Assembly: GCA_964432985.1 (NCBI GenBank)
Contig: CAYSPT010000002.1
Location: forward strand, 45,337-109,336
Origin: an uncultured bacterium
GTDB taxonomy: Bacteria; Muiribacteriota; CAYSPT01
Length of the DNA: 64,000 bases
Reading direction: 5' to 3'
A model generated the notes under the pieces. That model was given only the letters and a program-made list of their open reading frames with translations, made no database searches and was not told where the DNA came from. Of this stretch, positions 54,245 to 63,413 are shown piece after piece; position 1 is the stretch's first letter, and each line of letters starts with the position of its first letter. A program made the translations under genes and the position numbers.

Positions 54245-56850
54245 CGCTCCTCAAAAGGAGGAAGGGGACTGGTTTCGCCTGTCATCACTCCGCTTTCACG
54301 AGTATCCAGGAGTATTTCCATCTCGGACAATTTCTGCCGCACCTGTTCAACTACGTGACTGGCAGGATTAACATCGATAAACCGTGAAAGAACATTCACT
54401 GCCCTGGCGGCATCCCCCGATGCTTCATACAATTCCACCAGACGGAACAACGACACGCTGTTACGGGGATTGAGAATAACGGCCGTTTCCAAATAAGGAC
54501 GGGCTTCTTCTCTGTTGCCCATCTCCCAGAGAATATCCGACAGCCGTTCACAGGCGGAGAGATGTTTCGGCTCCAGGAAAAGGACTTTTCTGAAGGCTTC
54601 AACCGCCTCATCGATGCGCTCCAGGGTCAAATAGAAGTTCCCAATGTTGAGAAAGATAGCCGCATTCTCCGGATCCATCTCTGCCGCCCGGGTCAGCGTT
54701 TCTTCAGCTTCTTCGTTCAAGCCCTGCTCTACAAACTTCAAGCCGAGATCAAGGATATTTTTCACCACGTCGGCCTCCTGGGGTCCGGACGCGGCACCCG
54801 ATTCCATGAGCTCTCTTAACATGGCGCCGGCCATTGATCCCAATGTTCCATATGGATCCCGCTCCTGAACCTCGGTATACATTCTGACAGCCATATCCTT
54901 ACGGCCAGAGAACTCGTACACTCTTCCAAGATTAATAAATCCTTGGAGATCAAGGCTTCTTTCAGTGTATGCCTTCTCCAGAAACTCCAGGGCCTGGTCC
55001 AGTATGCCCAGATTGAGGAACGCACCACCGGCACCGGACAGCGCCGTCATGTTGGCTGGTTCGTGCTTCAACGCGCGGTAGAAGCAAGCGGCAGCGCCCA
55101 CGTCTTCTCCTTGTGACAGATATATCCTCCCGCAGGCTACCAGGGCCTGCACATGATCAGGATCGAGTGACAGCACTTCTTCGAAGGTAGAAAGAGCTTC
55201 TTCCATACGCCCGCTCTTTTGGCAAATATACCCATAGTTGAACAAGGATCGAGCATCAGAAAAGCCGGCGGTGGCACCGCTACCCTCTTCAACCAGCATA
55301 CGCCTGGCTACCCTTGCATACCGGCTGTCGGGTCCAAGCTTAATTACACTTTCCCACTCTTTCCTCGCTTCTGCAGTCATCCCTTTCTGCCGGTAAGCAA
55401 GGGAAAGAGAGTAATGGTAAAGCACATTATTGGGATCTATTGATAGAGCTTTTCCCAGGTTGACAATAGCTTCATCATATTTCTTCCTTTTTGTCATGAC
55501 CAGAGCAATATCGTAATATACGTTAGCATATCCGGGATCAAGCTCTTTTACCCGTTCCCAGTAGAGCAATGCCTGGTCAAACTGCTTGCACCTGGCATAC
55601 ACAATGCCTATGTTTTCCAATGCCCGCTTGTTTCTCATATCCCGGGCCAGAACCTCTTCCAGGAAGCGGATGGACTCCGGATATTTGCCCTGTTCGGCAC
55701 ACATCTGGGCCAGCTTGAAGTTGGCTTCCATGGTATCTTTCGACAACCGTCTGGCCTGCATATAACTTTCATAAGCCATTTCTCCCTGGGAGGTGGCTGC
55801 GTAGATGTCGCCCAAAAGCAAATGCGCTCCCACCAGGGCCGGGGATTCCGACAGTATCTCCTCGAGAATATCGGCCGCTTCAGCAGGTGTGCCGGTTTTG
55901 AATCTGGCCTCTGCCAATGCCAGACGCTCTTCAAGGGTCAACTGCATGTCAAGCGATTGCACTTTATCAAACAGCAGAGCGGCTTTGTCCCAGTTTTCCT
56001 GCTCGACCATGACCACGGCCTGCTTGAGATACATGCGGCCCCGAACGCTGCCGCTGGAGTCAAGGCGGGCTTTTAGGGGACGATTGTCCGGGTCGAGAAG
56101 CAAAGCACGTTTCCATTGAGTCTCGGCGTTGTCCAGATTGCCTCTGGTGAATTCCAGCTTCCCAATCAATTCATATATTTCAGAATCATCGGGAGCAACC
56201 CTCCTGGCCCGCTCTAGATAGTTAATAGCCAGATCATTTTTGCCCTGGTCCAGAGCGATTGTGGCGCTGTCCTTGAGCGCTTTGACATGGTTTGGAACAA
56301 TCTTCAGGCACTTCTGATACGATTCACTGGCTGCCTGTATCTTACCTTCCTCAGCCAAACGGGCACCACGAGCATAATAAATATCAGCCATTCCGACGTA
56401 GACATCATTATTGAGAGGATCGATGCTCGAGGCGCGCTCGTAATGCCTGAGGGCAGAGGCATCTTCATCCACCTGGGCTAAAAGCGCTGCTTTTTCAACA
56501 TGAGCCTGGGCCAGGTTGTTGCGGGCTTCAGAATAATAAGGATCGATTGAAAAAGCTTTTTTAAACGCTTCGATAGCCCTGTCCAGATCGCCGACTGCCT
56601 GATATTCAAGGCCTATCTCATTGAACCTTTTTGCTTCCTGGGTCTGTTCCGCAGCCACCGGAGCACTCCTCACGGGCAATTCCTGGTACTCGGGATACGT
56701 ATCCGGAATCCGTTGGGTCGGTTTAACCGGCGCACGACGCCGGCCGCTGCAGCCCGTCAAGAACTGCGCTCCCAGTAAAAAAACCATGAGCAGTATCGCT
56801 GCTATACGTTTTTGTTTTCTAACCTTCGGGTTTCTAACCTTCGGTTTCAT
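54241..56850 (-). CDS. large TPR-repeat lipoprotein
   Basis: ORF 54241..56898. The likely start is ATG 56850 (MKPKVRNPKVRKQKRIAAILLMVFLLGAQFLTGCSG, containing a lipobox). More than 15 TPR units follow. Confidence 0.75.
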   Translation of the reverse strand: MKPKVRNPKVRKQKRIAAILLMVFLLGAQFLTGCSGRRRAPVKPTQRIPDTYPEYQELPVRSAPVAAEQTQEAKRFNEIGLEYQAVGDLDRAIEAFKKAFSIDPYYSEARNNLAQAHVEKAALLAQVDEDASALRHYERASSIDPLNNDVYVGMADIYYARGARLAEEGKIQAASESYQKCLKIVPNHVKALKDSATIALDQGKNDLAINYLERARRVAPDDSEIYELIGKLEFTRGNLDNAETQWKRALLLDPDNRPLKARLDSSGSVRGRMYLKQAVVMVEQENWDKAALLFDKVQSLDMQLTLEERLALAEARFKTGTPAEAADILEEILSESPALVGAHLLLGDIYAATSQGEMAYESYMQARRLSKDTMEANFKLAQMCAEQGKYPESIRFLEEVLARDMRNKRALENIGIVYARCKQFDQALLYWERVKELDPGYANVYYDIALVMTKRKKYDEAIVNLGKALSIDPNNVLYHYSLSLAYRQKGMTAEARKEWESVIKLGPDSRYARVARRMLVEEGSGATAGFSDARSLFNYGYICQKSGRMEEALSTFEEVLSLDPDHVQALVACGRIYLSQGEDVGAAACFYRALKHEPANMTALSGAGGAFLNLGILDQALEFLEKAYTERSLDLQGFINLGRVYEFSGRKDMAVRMYTEVQERDPYGTLGSMAGAMLRELMESGAASGPQEADVVKNILDLGLKFVEQGLNEEAEETLTRAAEMDPENAAIFLNIGNFYLTLERIDEAVEAFRKVLFLEPKHLSACERLSDILWEMGNREEARPYLETAVILNPRNSVSLFRLVELYEASGDAARAVNVLSRFIDVNPASHVVEQVRQKLSEMEILLDTRESGVMTGETSPLPPFEER

Positions 56851-56906
56851 CACCCTGATTATTCCCTTCGACAATAAAAGCCCAGCCCCCCGCTGCATTC
56901 CACGCG

Positions 56907-57857
56907 TTATGTGAAGAGCTCGCTGACCGACTGGTTACGATGTATCCGGCTGATAATTTCACCAAGAAGCGGCGCAACCGACAACACGACTATTCTTTCA
57001 GATTTCTCCGCTTCCGGGGCCAGAGGCATTGTATTGGTAACGATGAGCTTTTCCATGACAGAGTTTTCTATTCTTTGCAGTGCGGGTCCCGAAAGCACCG
57101 GGTGCGTAACGCATCCGAATACGCGGCGGGCACCCTTCTCTTTCAAAGCCTGTACCGCTTCAACCATTGTTCCGGCTGTATCCACAATATCGTCGATCAA
57201 TATCGCATCGCGGCCCTTGATGTCCCCCACAACGTGCATGACCTGGGCTTCGTTGGGGCGGGGCCGGCGTTTGTCGATAAAGGCCAGCGACGTGCCCAAC
57301 TTCTTTGCAAAAAAGCGCGCGCGGCCAACACCGCCGGCATCGGGAGAAACAGCCACTGGGTCGGTAATCCCCAATTTAAGAAAGTATTCGGACAACAACG
57401 GGATGGCCGAGGCCATGTCCACCGGGATATCGAAGAATCCCATTATCGCCCAGGTATGCAAATCGATAGTAAGGATACGGTCGGCCCCGGCTTCCCTGAG
57501 AAGATTGGCCACCAGTTTGGCACTGATAGGTTCACGACCCTGGGTTTTCTTCTCCTGCCGGGCATAGCCATAATAGGAAACAACTGCGGTGACCCTGCTG
57601 ACCGAGGCTCTCTTCAGGGCATCAAGAATAATAAGAAGGCTGACCAGGTTGTGATTGACCGGACGGCATGTGGGTTGAATGACGAAAACATCGGCTCCCC
57701 GTACGCTTTCATCTACCCGGACAGAGACTTCCCCATCCTGATAACAGCTCAATTCCATGTCGCCTTTCTGGATGTTGAGGTACTGACAAATCTCGTCTGC
57801 CAGGGCGGAATGCGCCCCCCCGTCAAAAACCTTCAGTCCCAGTTTAGTGGCCACCAT
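56907..57857 (-). CDS. prs: ribose-phosphate pyrophosphokinase
   Basis: Colinear with PRPP synthetase: VFVIQPT, the PRPP loop ILIDDIVDTAGT, and GYARQ. Confidence 0.95.
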   Translation of the reverse strand: MVATKLGLKVFDGGAHSALADEICQYLNIQKGDMELSCYQDGEVSVRVDESVRGADVFVIQPTCRPVNHNLVSLLIILDALKRASVSRVTAVVSYYGYARQEKKTQGREPISAKLVANLLREAGADRILTIDLHTWAIMGFFDIPVDMASAIPLLSEYFLKLGITDPVAVSPDAGGVGRARFFAKKLGTSLAFIDKRRPRPNEAQVMHVVGDIKGRDAILIDDIVDTAGTMVEAVQALKEKGARRVFGCVTHPVLSGPALQRIENSVMEKLIVTNTMPLAPEAEKSERIVVLSVAPLLGEIISRIHRNQSVSELFT

Positions 57858-57921
57858 TTTTCCTCCTCTTCGCCCGGGAATGGAAACACCGATTTGTATA
57901 GAACAGACCTGAAAAATAAAG

Positions 57922-57993
57922 CTGGGGAGGTAGGATTCGAACCTACAAATGACGGATCCAAAGTCCGCTGTGTTGCCCTTTCACCACTCCCCA
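57922..57993 (-). tRNA. tRNA-Gln (anticodon UUG)
   Basis: Folded by hand. Acceptor TGGGGAG/CTCCCCA, D-arm GTG..CAC, anticodon stem GCGGA/TCCGT with loop CT-TTG-GA, variable loop CATTT, T-arm GTAGG-TTCGAAT-CCTAC, discriminator G. The CCA end is not encoded. Confidence 0.9.
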
Positions 57994-58038
57994 GAAAACC
58001 CGACTCATGAAAAAGTCCGGTGACAGTACCACGTCATG

Positions 58039-58521
58039 TCAGAAAGGTGAATACCCGTTATCACCCTCGTCGTCTGGAGGCTGCCGGTCTCTGCCCACCG
58101 GGGTTTCGGAAAAACCGTCCATGGAAGATGATCCGCCATCCAATCGCGGCTTTTCCTCTCCACCATCACGAGGATAGCGAGGAGCATCGGAAACCGGTGA
58201 CGGTTCTACTGGACTAGCTTCCCGGTCGATTTTACCGCTGTCACGGTGGTCTGAAGACAGTTCTCCCGGAAACATTTCTTTATATTTATTGAGAACCGCG
58301 TCCTGAATCATCCGGCGGCCTTCGGTTTTGATGGGATGTGCAGTGTCTCTGAACTCGCCCCCTGGAGTCTTACGGCTCGGCATGGCTACGAATACACCTT
58401 TTTCACCTTCAATGATTTTCAAGTCATGGACGACAAATATGTCGTCAAAGGTGATCGAGACAAAAGCCTTGAGTTTTCCCCCACCCGTTACCTTCCGGAT
58501 TCTAACATCGGTTATCTCCAT
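58039..58521 (-). CDS. spoVG: SpoVG family protein with about 70-aa C-terminal extension
   Basis: MEITDVRIRKVTGGGKLKAFVSITFDDIFVVHDLKIIEGEKGVFVAMPSRK is canonical SpoVG. The tail is P/S/D/G-rich. Confidence 0.9.
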   Translation of the reverse strand: MEITDVRIRKVTGGGKLKAFVSITFDDIFVVHDLKIIEGEKGVFVAMPSRKTPGGEFRDTAHPIKTEGRRMIQDAVLNKYKEMFPGELSSDHRDSGKIDREASPVEPSPVSDAPRYPRDGGEEKPRLDGGSSSMDGFSETPVGRDRQPPDDEGDNGYSPF

Positions 58522-58581
58522 GACTGTACCTTCACCTCGCTAGCTGAACCTCAACCTGGGAATGCCGGCAAACAACCCCAT

Positions 58582-58609
58582 TCTATAGCACATATGCCCG
58601 CTTTATCAA
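58582..58609 (-). promoter_or_regulatory. possible promoter for spoVG, overlapping a small hairpin
   Basis: On the minus strand: TTGATA (58609-58604), 16-nt spacer, TATAGA (58587-58582). The hairpin CCCGCTT-gata-AAGCGGG spans the -35 element. Confidence 0.35.
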
Positions 58610-58659
58610 GCGGGTGCGCTTTCCAAGCCGGTTGGCTACAGGGGGAAACTTACCCATCA

Positions 58660-58992
58660 TCAGAAATTCGCAAGTGATTTTTCAACGTCGTCGTCAATGG
58701 CGAATTCGTCAACCAGCTTTGTCGTTTCCAGGAGGCTCATTATCTCTGTCGGTACCGCTGCCAGCCTGATGCCACCATCCTGCTTTTTTGCACGGGCATC
58801 AAAAGCGGCAATAATACCCAGCCCGGCACTGGAGATGTATCCGACGTCCCGCAGATTAAGAATGATGTTGTTTGTTCCCTTGCTGAGCAGATCAAGAAGC
58901 AACTCCTTCAATTGATACACGGCCTGTTCCGCAATATCTCCATCAATACCTAACACCACAACTCCACTGCTGTCTTCCCGTTCGATTTTCAT
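58660..58992 (-). CDS. STAS-domain anti-sigma-factor antagonist (SpoIIAA/RsbV-like)
   Basis: NIILNLRDVGYISSAGLGII contains the phosphorylatable Ser context (DVGYISSAG). The 110-aa length is typical. Confidence 0.8.
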   Translation of the reverse strand: MKIEREDSSGVVVLGIDGDIAEQAVYQLKELLLDLLSKGTNNIILNLRDVGYISSAGLGIIAAFDARAKKQDGGIRLAAVPTEIMSLLETTKLVDEFAIDDDVEKSLANF

Positions 58993-59038
58993 TTTTCTCC
59001 CCCTCTCGCGAGAGTGTATCCTGAGGATGTTAGCATCC

Positions 59039-59902
59039 TCAGGATGTTACCAGGTCCGCTTCCGTTACCCGGTAATTGTCGATCAACCGTGCCTCTCCCA
59101 CTCGAGCAGCCACGGCAAAAATAGTTCCTTCCGCCACAGTTTCATTTGCGGCAAGGGTAGTTTCGTCCACTGCAACCACGTACTCGGGTTCCACCCCTGT
59201 GGTTACCGTCAATATATAATACATCTTTTCTATGATACACGCCACACGACGCTCTCCATCCTGCACCATCCGACGGGCTGTTGTCAACGCCTGATTGAGA
59301 TATAACGCCCGTTTCCGGTGATCCTCCTCAAGATAGAGGTTGCGGGAACTCATAGCCAGGCCGTCTTCATCACGAATAATCGGCATTCCGATGATATCCA
59401 CCTGAATATCAAGATCAATGACCATTCTTCTCACCACGATCAATTGCTGCCGGTCCTTCTCTCCAAAGTAGGCACGGTGGGGCTTGACGATATTCAAAAG
59501 TTTGCACACCACGGTGGTGACACCATCGAAATGACCGGGTCGCGCTGCGCCGCACAATGTTTCAGTGAGATCCGATACCTGAACCCGGGAACAAAACCCG
59601 GGGGCATACATTTCTTCCGCTCCGGGATGGAAAAGCAAGTCACATCCGACTTCTTCAAGCAATTTGCTGTCACGTTCGAGGTCGCGAGGATACTCTTTAA
59701 GGTCTTCGGATGGTCCAAACTGGAGTGGGTTGACGAATATCGACACCACCACATAATCATTTTCATCACGGGCGGCCCGCACCAGGCTCAGGTGCCCCTC
59801 ATGGAGAAATCCCATAGTAGGAACAAATCCCACCGAACAGCCATCGGAGCGCACCCGGTCAAGGACCGAGCGAACAGCTCCTTTTTCACTTATGACCTGC
59901 AT
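59039..59902 (-). CDS. panC: pantoate--beta-alanine ligase
   Basis: VGFVPTMGFLHEGHLSLV (HIGH-like) and FGEKDRQQ. ORF 59039..60097 trimmed to ATG 59902, 14 nt after the panB stop. Confidence 0.9.
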   Translation of the reverse strand: MQVISEKGAVRSVLDRVRSDGCSVGFVPTMGFLHEGHLSLVRAARDENDYVVVSIFVNPLQFGPSEDLKEYPRDLERDSKLLEEVGCDLLFHPGAEEMYAPGFCSRVQVSDLTETLCGAARPGHFDGVTTVVCKLLNIVKPHRAYFGEKDRQQLIVVRRMVIDLDIQVDIIGMPIIRDEDGLAMSSRNLYLEEDHRKRALYLNQALTTARRMVQDGERRVACIIEKMYYILTVTTGVEPEYVVAVDETTLAANETVAEGTIFAVAARVGEARLIDNYRVTEADLVTS

Positions 59903-59915
59903 TCGATGTATTTTC

Positions 59916-60788
59916 TCACAGTGTATCTTCCTCACAAAACTGACGTACCAGGTTCCATTCAGACTTGCCCATGGTATAACTTTCTTTTTCTGAAGGGAAT
60001 TCTCCCTCTCGAACATCGCTGACATAACGCCCGACCGCATCGACAATCGTTTCAGAAAGGTTGGCATAGGGCCGCACAAACTTTGGACGATGCGCAACAG
60101 TCATGCCCAGAATATCATTAATCACCAGGATCTGCCCGTCACACCACCTGCCGGCGCCAATACCGATAGTGGGAATAGAAAGCCGAGCAGTAATGCTGCG
60201 GGCCAGTTGATGCGGAATTCCCTCCAGAACAATGCTGAAAACTCCGGCCTCTTGAAGCGCACTGGCACTGTGAATGAGATTTTTGGCGCTTTCGAAATTC
60301 CGGCCCTGCACCCGGTACCCTCCCATAGCGTTGACAGATTGGGGAATCAAGCCAATGTGCCCCATAACCGGGATACCCGAATGGACGAGCCGGCGGACCA
60401 GAGCGGTAAAGTTCTCCCCGCCTTCCAGTTTTACCGCCTGTGCTCCGCCCTCCTTCACCAAACGTCCCGCATTGGCAACTGCCGAGTCCTCCGACGCCTG
60501 GTATGACATAAAAGGCAGGTCTGCCACCACGAAAGCCTGCTTTACGCCCCGAGTCACGGCAGCAGTATGGCGGACCATGTCTTCCATGTCCACCGGTAAT
60601 GTGTTTTCGTATCCCAGGACACAATTAGCTACCGAGTCACCGACCAGAATGGCATCAACACCGGCTTCTTCAACGAAAGCGGCCATCACTGCATCGTAGG
60701 CAGTCAGCATGACAATCCGCTGGCCTTTGCGCTTTTTTACAAAAAAATCCTTCACAGTAAACGGCTTTTTATGCGTCATGAATGGCAT
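59916..60788 (-). CDS. panB: 3-methyl-2-oxobutanoate hydroxymethyltransferase
   Basis: MLTAYDAVMA, ILVGDSVANCVLGY, VKLEGG, and GHIGLIPQS. Confidence 0.9.
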   Translation of the reverse strand: MPFMTHKKPFTVKDFFVKKRKGQRIVMLTAYDAVMAAFVEEAGVDAILVGDSVANCVLGYENTLPVDMEDMVRHTAAVTRGVKQAFVVADLPFMSYQASEDSAVANAGRLVKEGGAQAVKLEGGENFTALVRRLVHSGIPVMGHIGLIPQSVNAMGGYRVQGRNFESAKNLIHSASALQEAGVFSIVLEGIPHQLARSITARLSIPTIGIGAGRWCDGQILVINDILGMTVAHRPKFVRPYANLSETIVDAVGRYVSDVREGEFPSEKESYTMGKSEWNLVRQFCEEDTL

Positions 60789-60803
60789 TCCCTACTATTA
60801 ATA

Positions 60804-61694
60804 TTAGCCTTCCAGTGGGACACCTTCCAGTTTCTGCCCCAGGTCCCGATGCCTGATAAACAGCCTGATCTTCTGCTTTTCAAGGCGCTGGCGCAGCTCT
60901 TCTACGATGGCTACCGACCGGTGACGGCCCCCCGTACAGCCGATTCCGATGGAAAGATGCACTTTGCCTTCCCGGCTGTACTCCGGAATAAGCAGATCAA
61001 ACATGTCCTCGAGTTTCTCCATAAAGTTCTGGGCCACTTCGTTGCACAGCACATAATTGCTGATCAGAGGATCGGTCCCGGGCAGCTCTTTTAACAATTC
61101 TTCATAGTGCGGGTTAGGAAGAAAACGTACATCGAATAACAGGTCGACATCCAGAGGGAGACCTTTTTTATAGCCGAATGATGTCAGCATAACCGACATC
61201 GTACTACCGGAGTCCTTTTTGAAAAGCAGGCTGGAAATCTTCTCTTTGAGATCCCTGAGAGCGCATCCGGAGGTATCGACCACCCAGTCGGCCTGACTTC
61301 GAATTTCCTCCATCATTTCTATCTCTTTTTTTATGTCCGACAGAACGCTTCCCTCCGAATTGAGGGGATGGCGCCGGCGGGTTTCTTTGAACCGTTTTAC
61401 CAGCGTGTCTTCGGTAGCAGAGAGAAACAGTATCCCATAGTTGCACCCTATGGTTTTCAATGTTTCGAGAGCACTTTTCAACTGGCCGAAAAACACCCGC
61501 CCCCTGATGTCAACAACAATGGCCACCCTGGCGATACGCCCTTCGGTGGCCCCGCATACCTCGACAAACTTGGGAATGAGAGCCGGAGGAAGATTATCCA
61601 CACAATAATAACCTGAATCTTCCATGATACCTGCGACCGAACTCTTACCCGCCCCCGATAATCCTGTAATAATAAGCAGATTCAATTGTTTCAT
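60804..61694 (-). CDS. rapZ: RNase adapter / nucleotide-binding protein RapZ (YvcJ family)
   Basis: LLIITGLSGAGKS (P-loop), ...DVRFLPNPHY..., IGCTGGRHRSV. Confidence 0.9.
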   Translation of the reverse strand: MKQLNLLIITGLSGAGKSSVAGIMEDSGYYCVDNLPPALIPKFVEVCGATEGRIARVAIVVDIRGRVFFGQLKSALETLKTIGCNYGILFLSATEDTLVKRFKETRRRHPLNSEGSVLSDIKKEIEMMEEIRSQADWVVDTSGCALRDLKEKISSLLFKKDSGSTMSVMLTSFGYKKGLPLDVDLLFDVRFLPNPHYEELLKELPGTDPLISNYVLCNEVAQNFMEKLEDMFDLLIPEYSREGKVHLSIGIGCTGGRHRSVAIVEELRQRLEKQKIRLFIRHRDLGQKLEGVPLEG

Positions 61695-61704
61695 GGCTTC
61701 TCAC

Positions 61705-61796
61705 ACATACGCTTTCTAAAAACATGCTCTTTCTAAATACATACTCTTTCCAGTACTCGAAGTTCATCTTCGTAAACGAAGTTTATCTTCGTTAAA
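61705..61796. repeat. two adjacent tandem arrays in the yaaR-rapZ intergenic region
   Basis: First array, 3 x 17 bp: acatacgctttctaaaa / acatgctctttctaaat / acatactctttccagt (61705-61754). Second array, 2 x 19-20 bp hairpin units: cgaagttcatcttcgtaaa / cgaagtttatcttcgttaaa (61758-61796). Confidence 0.9.
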
Positions 61797-61802
61797 CCGT
61801 AC

Positions 61803-62255
61803 TTACAGATATAAATCAAGCAGTAATCCCCTGATTTCATCAAGTTTTTCAATGAGATTAAACGACTTGCTCTGGCCGTCAACAATCGATTCTGCCAAAG
61901 CCGACATATGTTCGTCAACAGATTCGAGCACCACATGCAGCTTTTGCTGTCCCTGACTGGCTTTTCCAGGACGCATCCGAACTTGATAGGATTTGCTCAA
62001 GGCGGCATCGAGAAACCAGCCGACGGTTTTTTTGTATACGCTCAGCGTTGCGGGAGAAGGATGCTTTACCATCGCTTCAGCGGCGGCATCAACATCCAGC
62101 AGGAACCGGTCCAACAACTCCCGTGCCTGCTCTGCATTGGCTTCCTGAAGACGGTGCACGAAATCGACAGTCAAGCCGTCCTTTTCACTGCTGCGGGACG
62201 ACCGGCGGCTCCGTGACGAAGAAGCCCGCTCTTTCTTTTTACTGCGGATTTTCAT
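61803..62255 (-). CDS. DUF327 (YaaR) family protein
   Basis: ORF 61803..62420 trimmed to ATG 62255. The helical pattern LLDRFLLDVDAAAEAMVKHPSPATLSVYKKTVGWFLD and the position directly after tmk match the Bacillus tmk...yaaR arrangement. Confidence 0.7.
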   Translation of the reverse strand: MKIRSKKKERASSSRSRRSSRSSEKDGLTVDFVHRLQEANAEQARELLDRFLLDVDAAAEAMVKHPSPATLSVYKKTVGWFLDAALSKSYQVRMRPGKASQGQQKLHVVLESVDEHMSALAESIVDGQSKSFNLIEKLDEIRGLLLDLYL

Positions 62256-62970
62256 GAATACATTGTTTTGCAGAACACCCCGGCCGGCCACGTTCTTCCA
62301 ATTTGGACAGGACGACACTGACAACATCGGTGTGGACGACATCAACCGGCTGGTTGCCATTGACCCTGAGAATGCGCCAGGGATACATTTCCGCCAACCG
62401 GACGTAGCCCATACGGACACGGCGGTGAAAATCTATCTGCTCCATTTCTATTCTGTCGGCGCCACATCGACCGTCTTCTCCCGGGAATTTCCGTTTGAGC
62501 CCCTGTTCCGGCACAACATCGAGAAACAAGGTCAGATCTGGCTCCATTTCTCCCGCTACAATTGCTCGCAGGCTGGTTATTATGTCTAGATTAATACCGC
62601 GGCCGAATCCTTGATAGGCGAATGTGGAATCTTCATAACGATCGCATATGACGATTTTGTCCTTCTGCAAATTGGGAATTATTTTTTTCTTGAGGTGTTC
62701 GACCCGGGCCGCGCCGTACAGCAGCAGCTCGGTTTCGTCTTCGATGTCTTTATTGAGAGGGTCCAGCAAGACTTCTCTAATCTGATCGCCCACATTTGTT
62801 CCGCCGGGTTCCCTGGTGTAGATGGAACGGTATCCGTTTCTGCCCAGGTATTCGTTAAGTAAAACACTCTGTGTGGTTTTACCCGATCCTTCAGGTCCTT
62901 CAAATGAAATAAAAAAGCCGCCCACACCAGTGGCGTTCGACTGGTGATTAGCGTTTCCTGGGCCTGTCAT
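62239..62970 (-). CDS. tmk: thymidylate kinase
   Basis: FISFEGPEGSGKTTQ (P-loop), DRY motif CDRYEDS, and LID region. The ATG overlaps the upstream stop. Confidence 0.9.
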   Translation of the reverse strand: MTGPGNANHQSNATGVGGFFISFEGPEGSGKTTQSVLLNEYLGRNGYRSIYTREPGGTNVGDQIREVLLDPLNKDIEDETELLLYGAARVEHLKKKIIPNLQKDKIVICDRYEDSTFAYQGFGRGINLDIITSLRAIVAGEMEPDLTLFLDVVPEQGLKRKFPGEDGRCGADRIEMEQIDFHRRVRMGYVRLAEMYPWRILRVNGNQPVDVVHTDVVSVVLSKLEERGRPGCSAKQCIHENPQ

Positions 62971-63407
62971 GTGTCTTCATCCCCCGTTGACAAAAGACGT
63001 ACCATGATCAATTCAACGTCCCCGGTCCCGTCAGTAGTATACTCTACGTGATCCATCAGACTTCGCATCATGTATATTCCGAGACCGCTCTCGGGTAGTT
63101 CGGTCAAATCAGGCTTTTCGTCCATCCCGGGGATGAGTTCCAATTTGAATTCCGGATCAGTATATCTCACCGTGACCGTTATCTTCTCGGGCTCGACCAG
63201 AAACATAAATTCCACCTGGGACGCCTGGCCCGAGGTATGTTTGATAGCATTGGTCAGCGCTTCCACTACGGCTACTTTCGTATCTTCGACTATCGATCGT
63301 TCGATATTCGATAAGCTGGGCATTTGACTAATGGTCGATCTGACCAGGGACAGATACCGGGCTGACGCGGGCAAGACGAGCTCAACCATTCCTTTCTGCC
63401 ACACCAC
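62967..63407 (-). CDS. anti-sigma regulatory factor, HATPase_c Ser/Thr kinase (SpoIIAB/RsbW-like)
   Basis: N-box VEALTNAIKH and G-box-like ESGLGIYMMRSLMD. The 146-aa length is typical. Confidence 0.75.
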   Translation of the reverse strand: MVWQKGMVELVLPASARYLSLVRSTISQMPSLSNIERSIVEDTKVAVVEALTNAIKHTSGQASQVEFMFLVEPEKITVTVRYTDPEFKLELIPGMDEKPDLTELPESGLGIYMMRSLMDHVEYTTDGTGDVELIMVRLLSTGDEDT

Positions 63408-63413
63408 GGTCCG

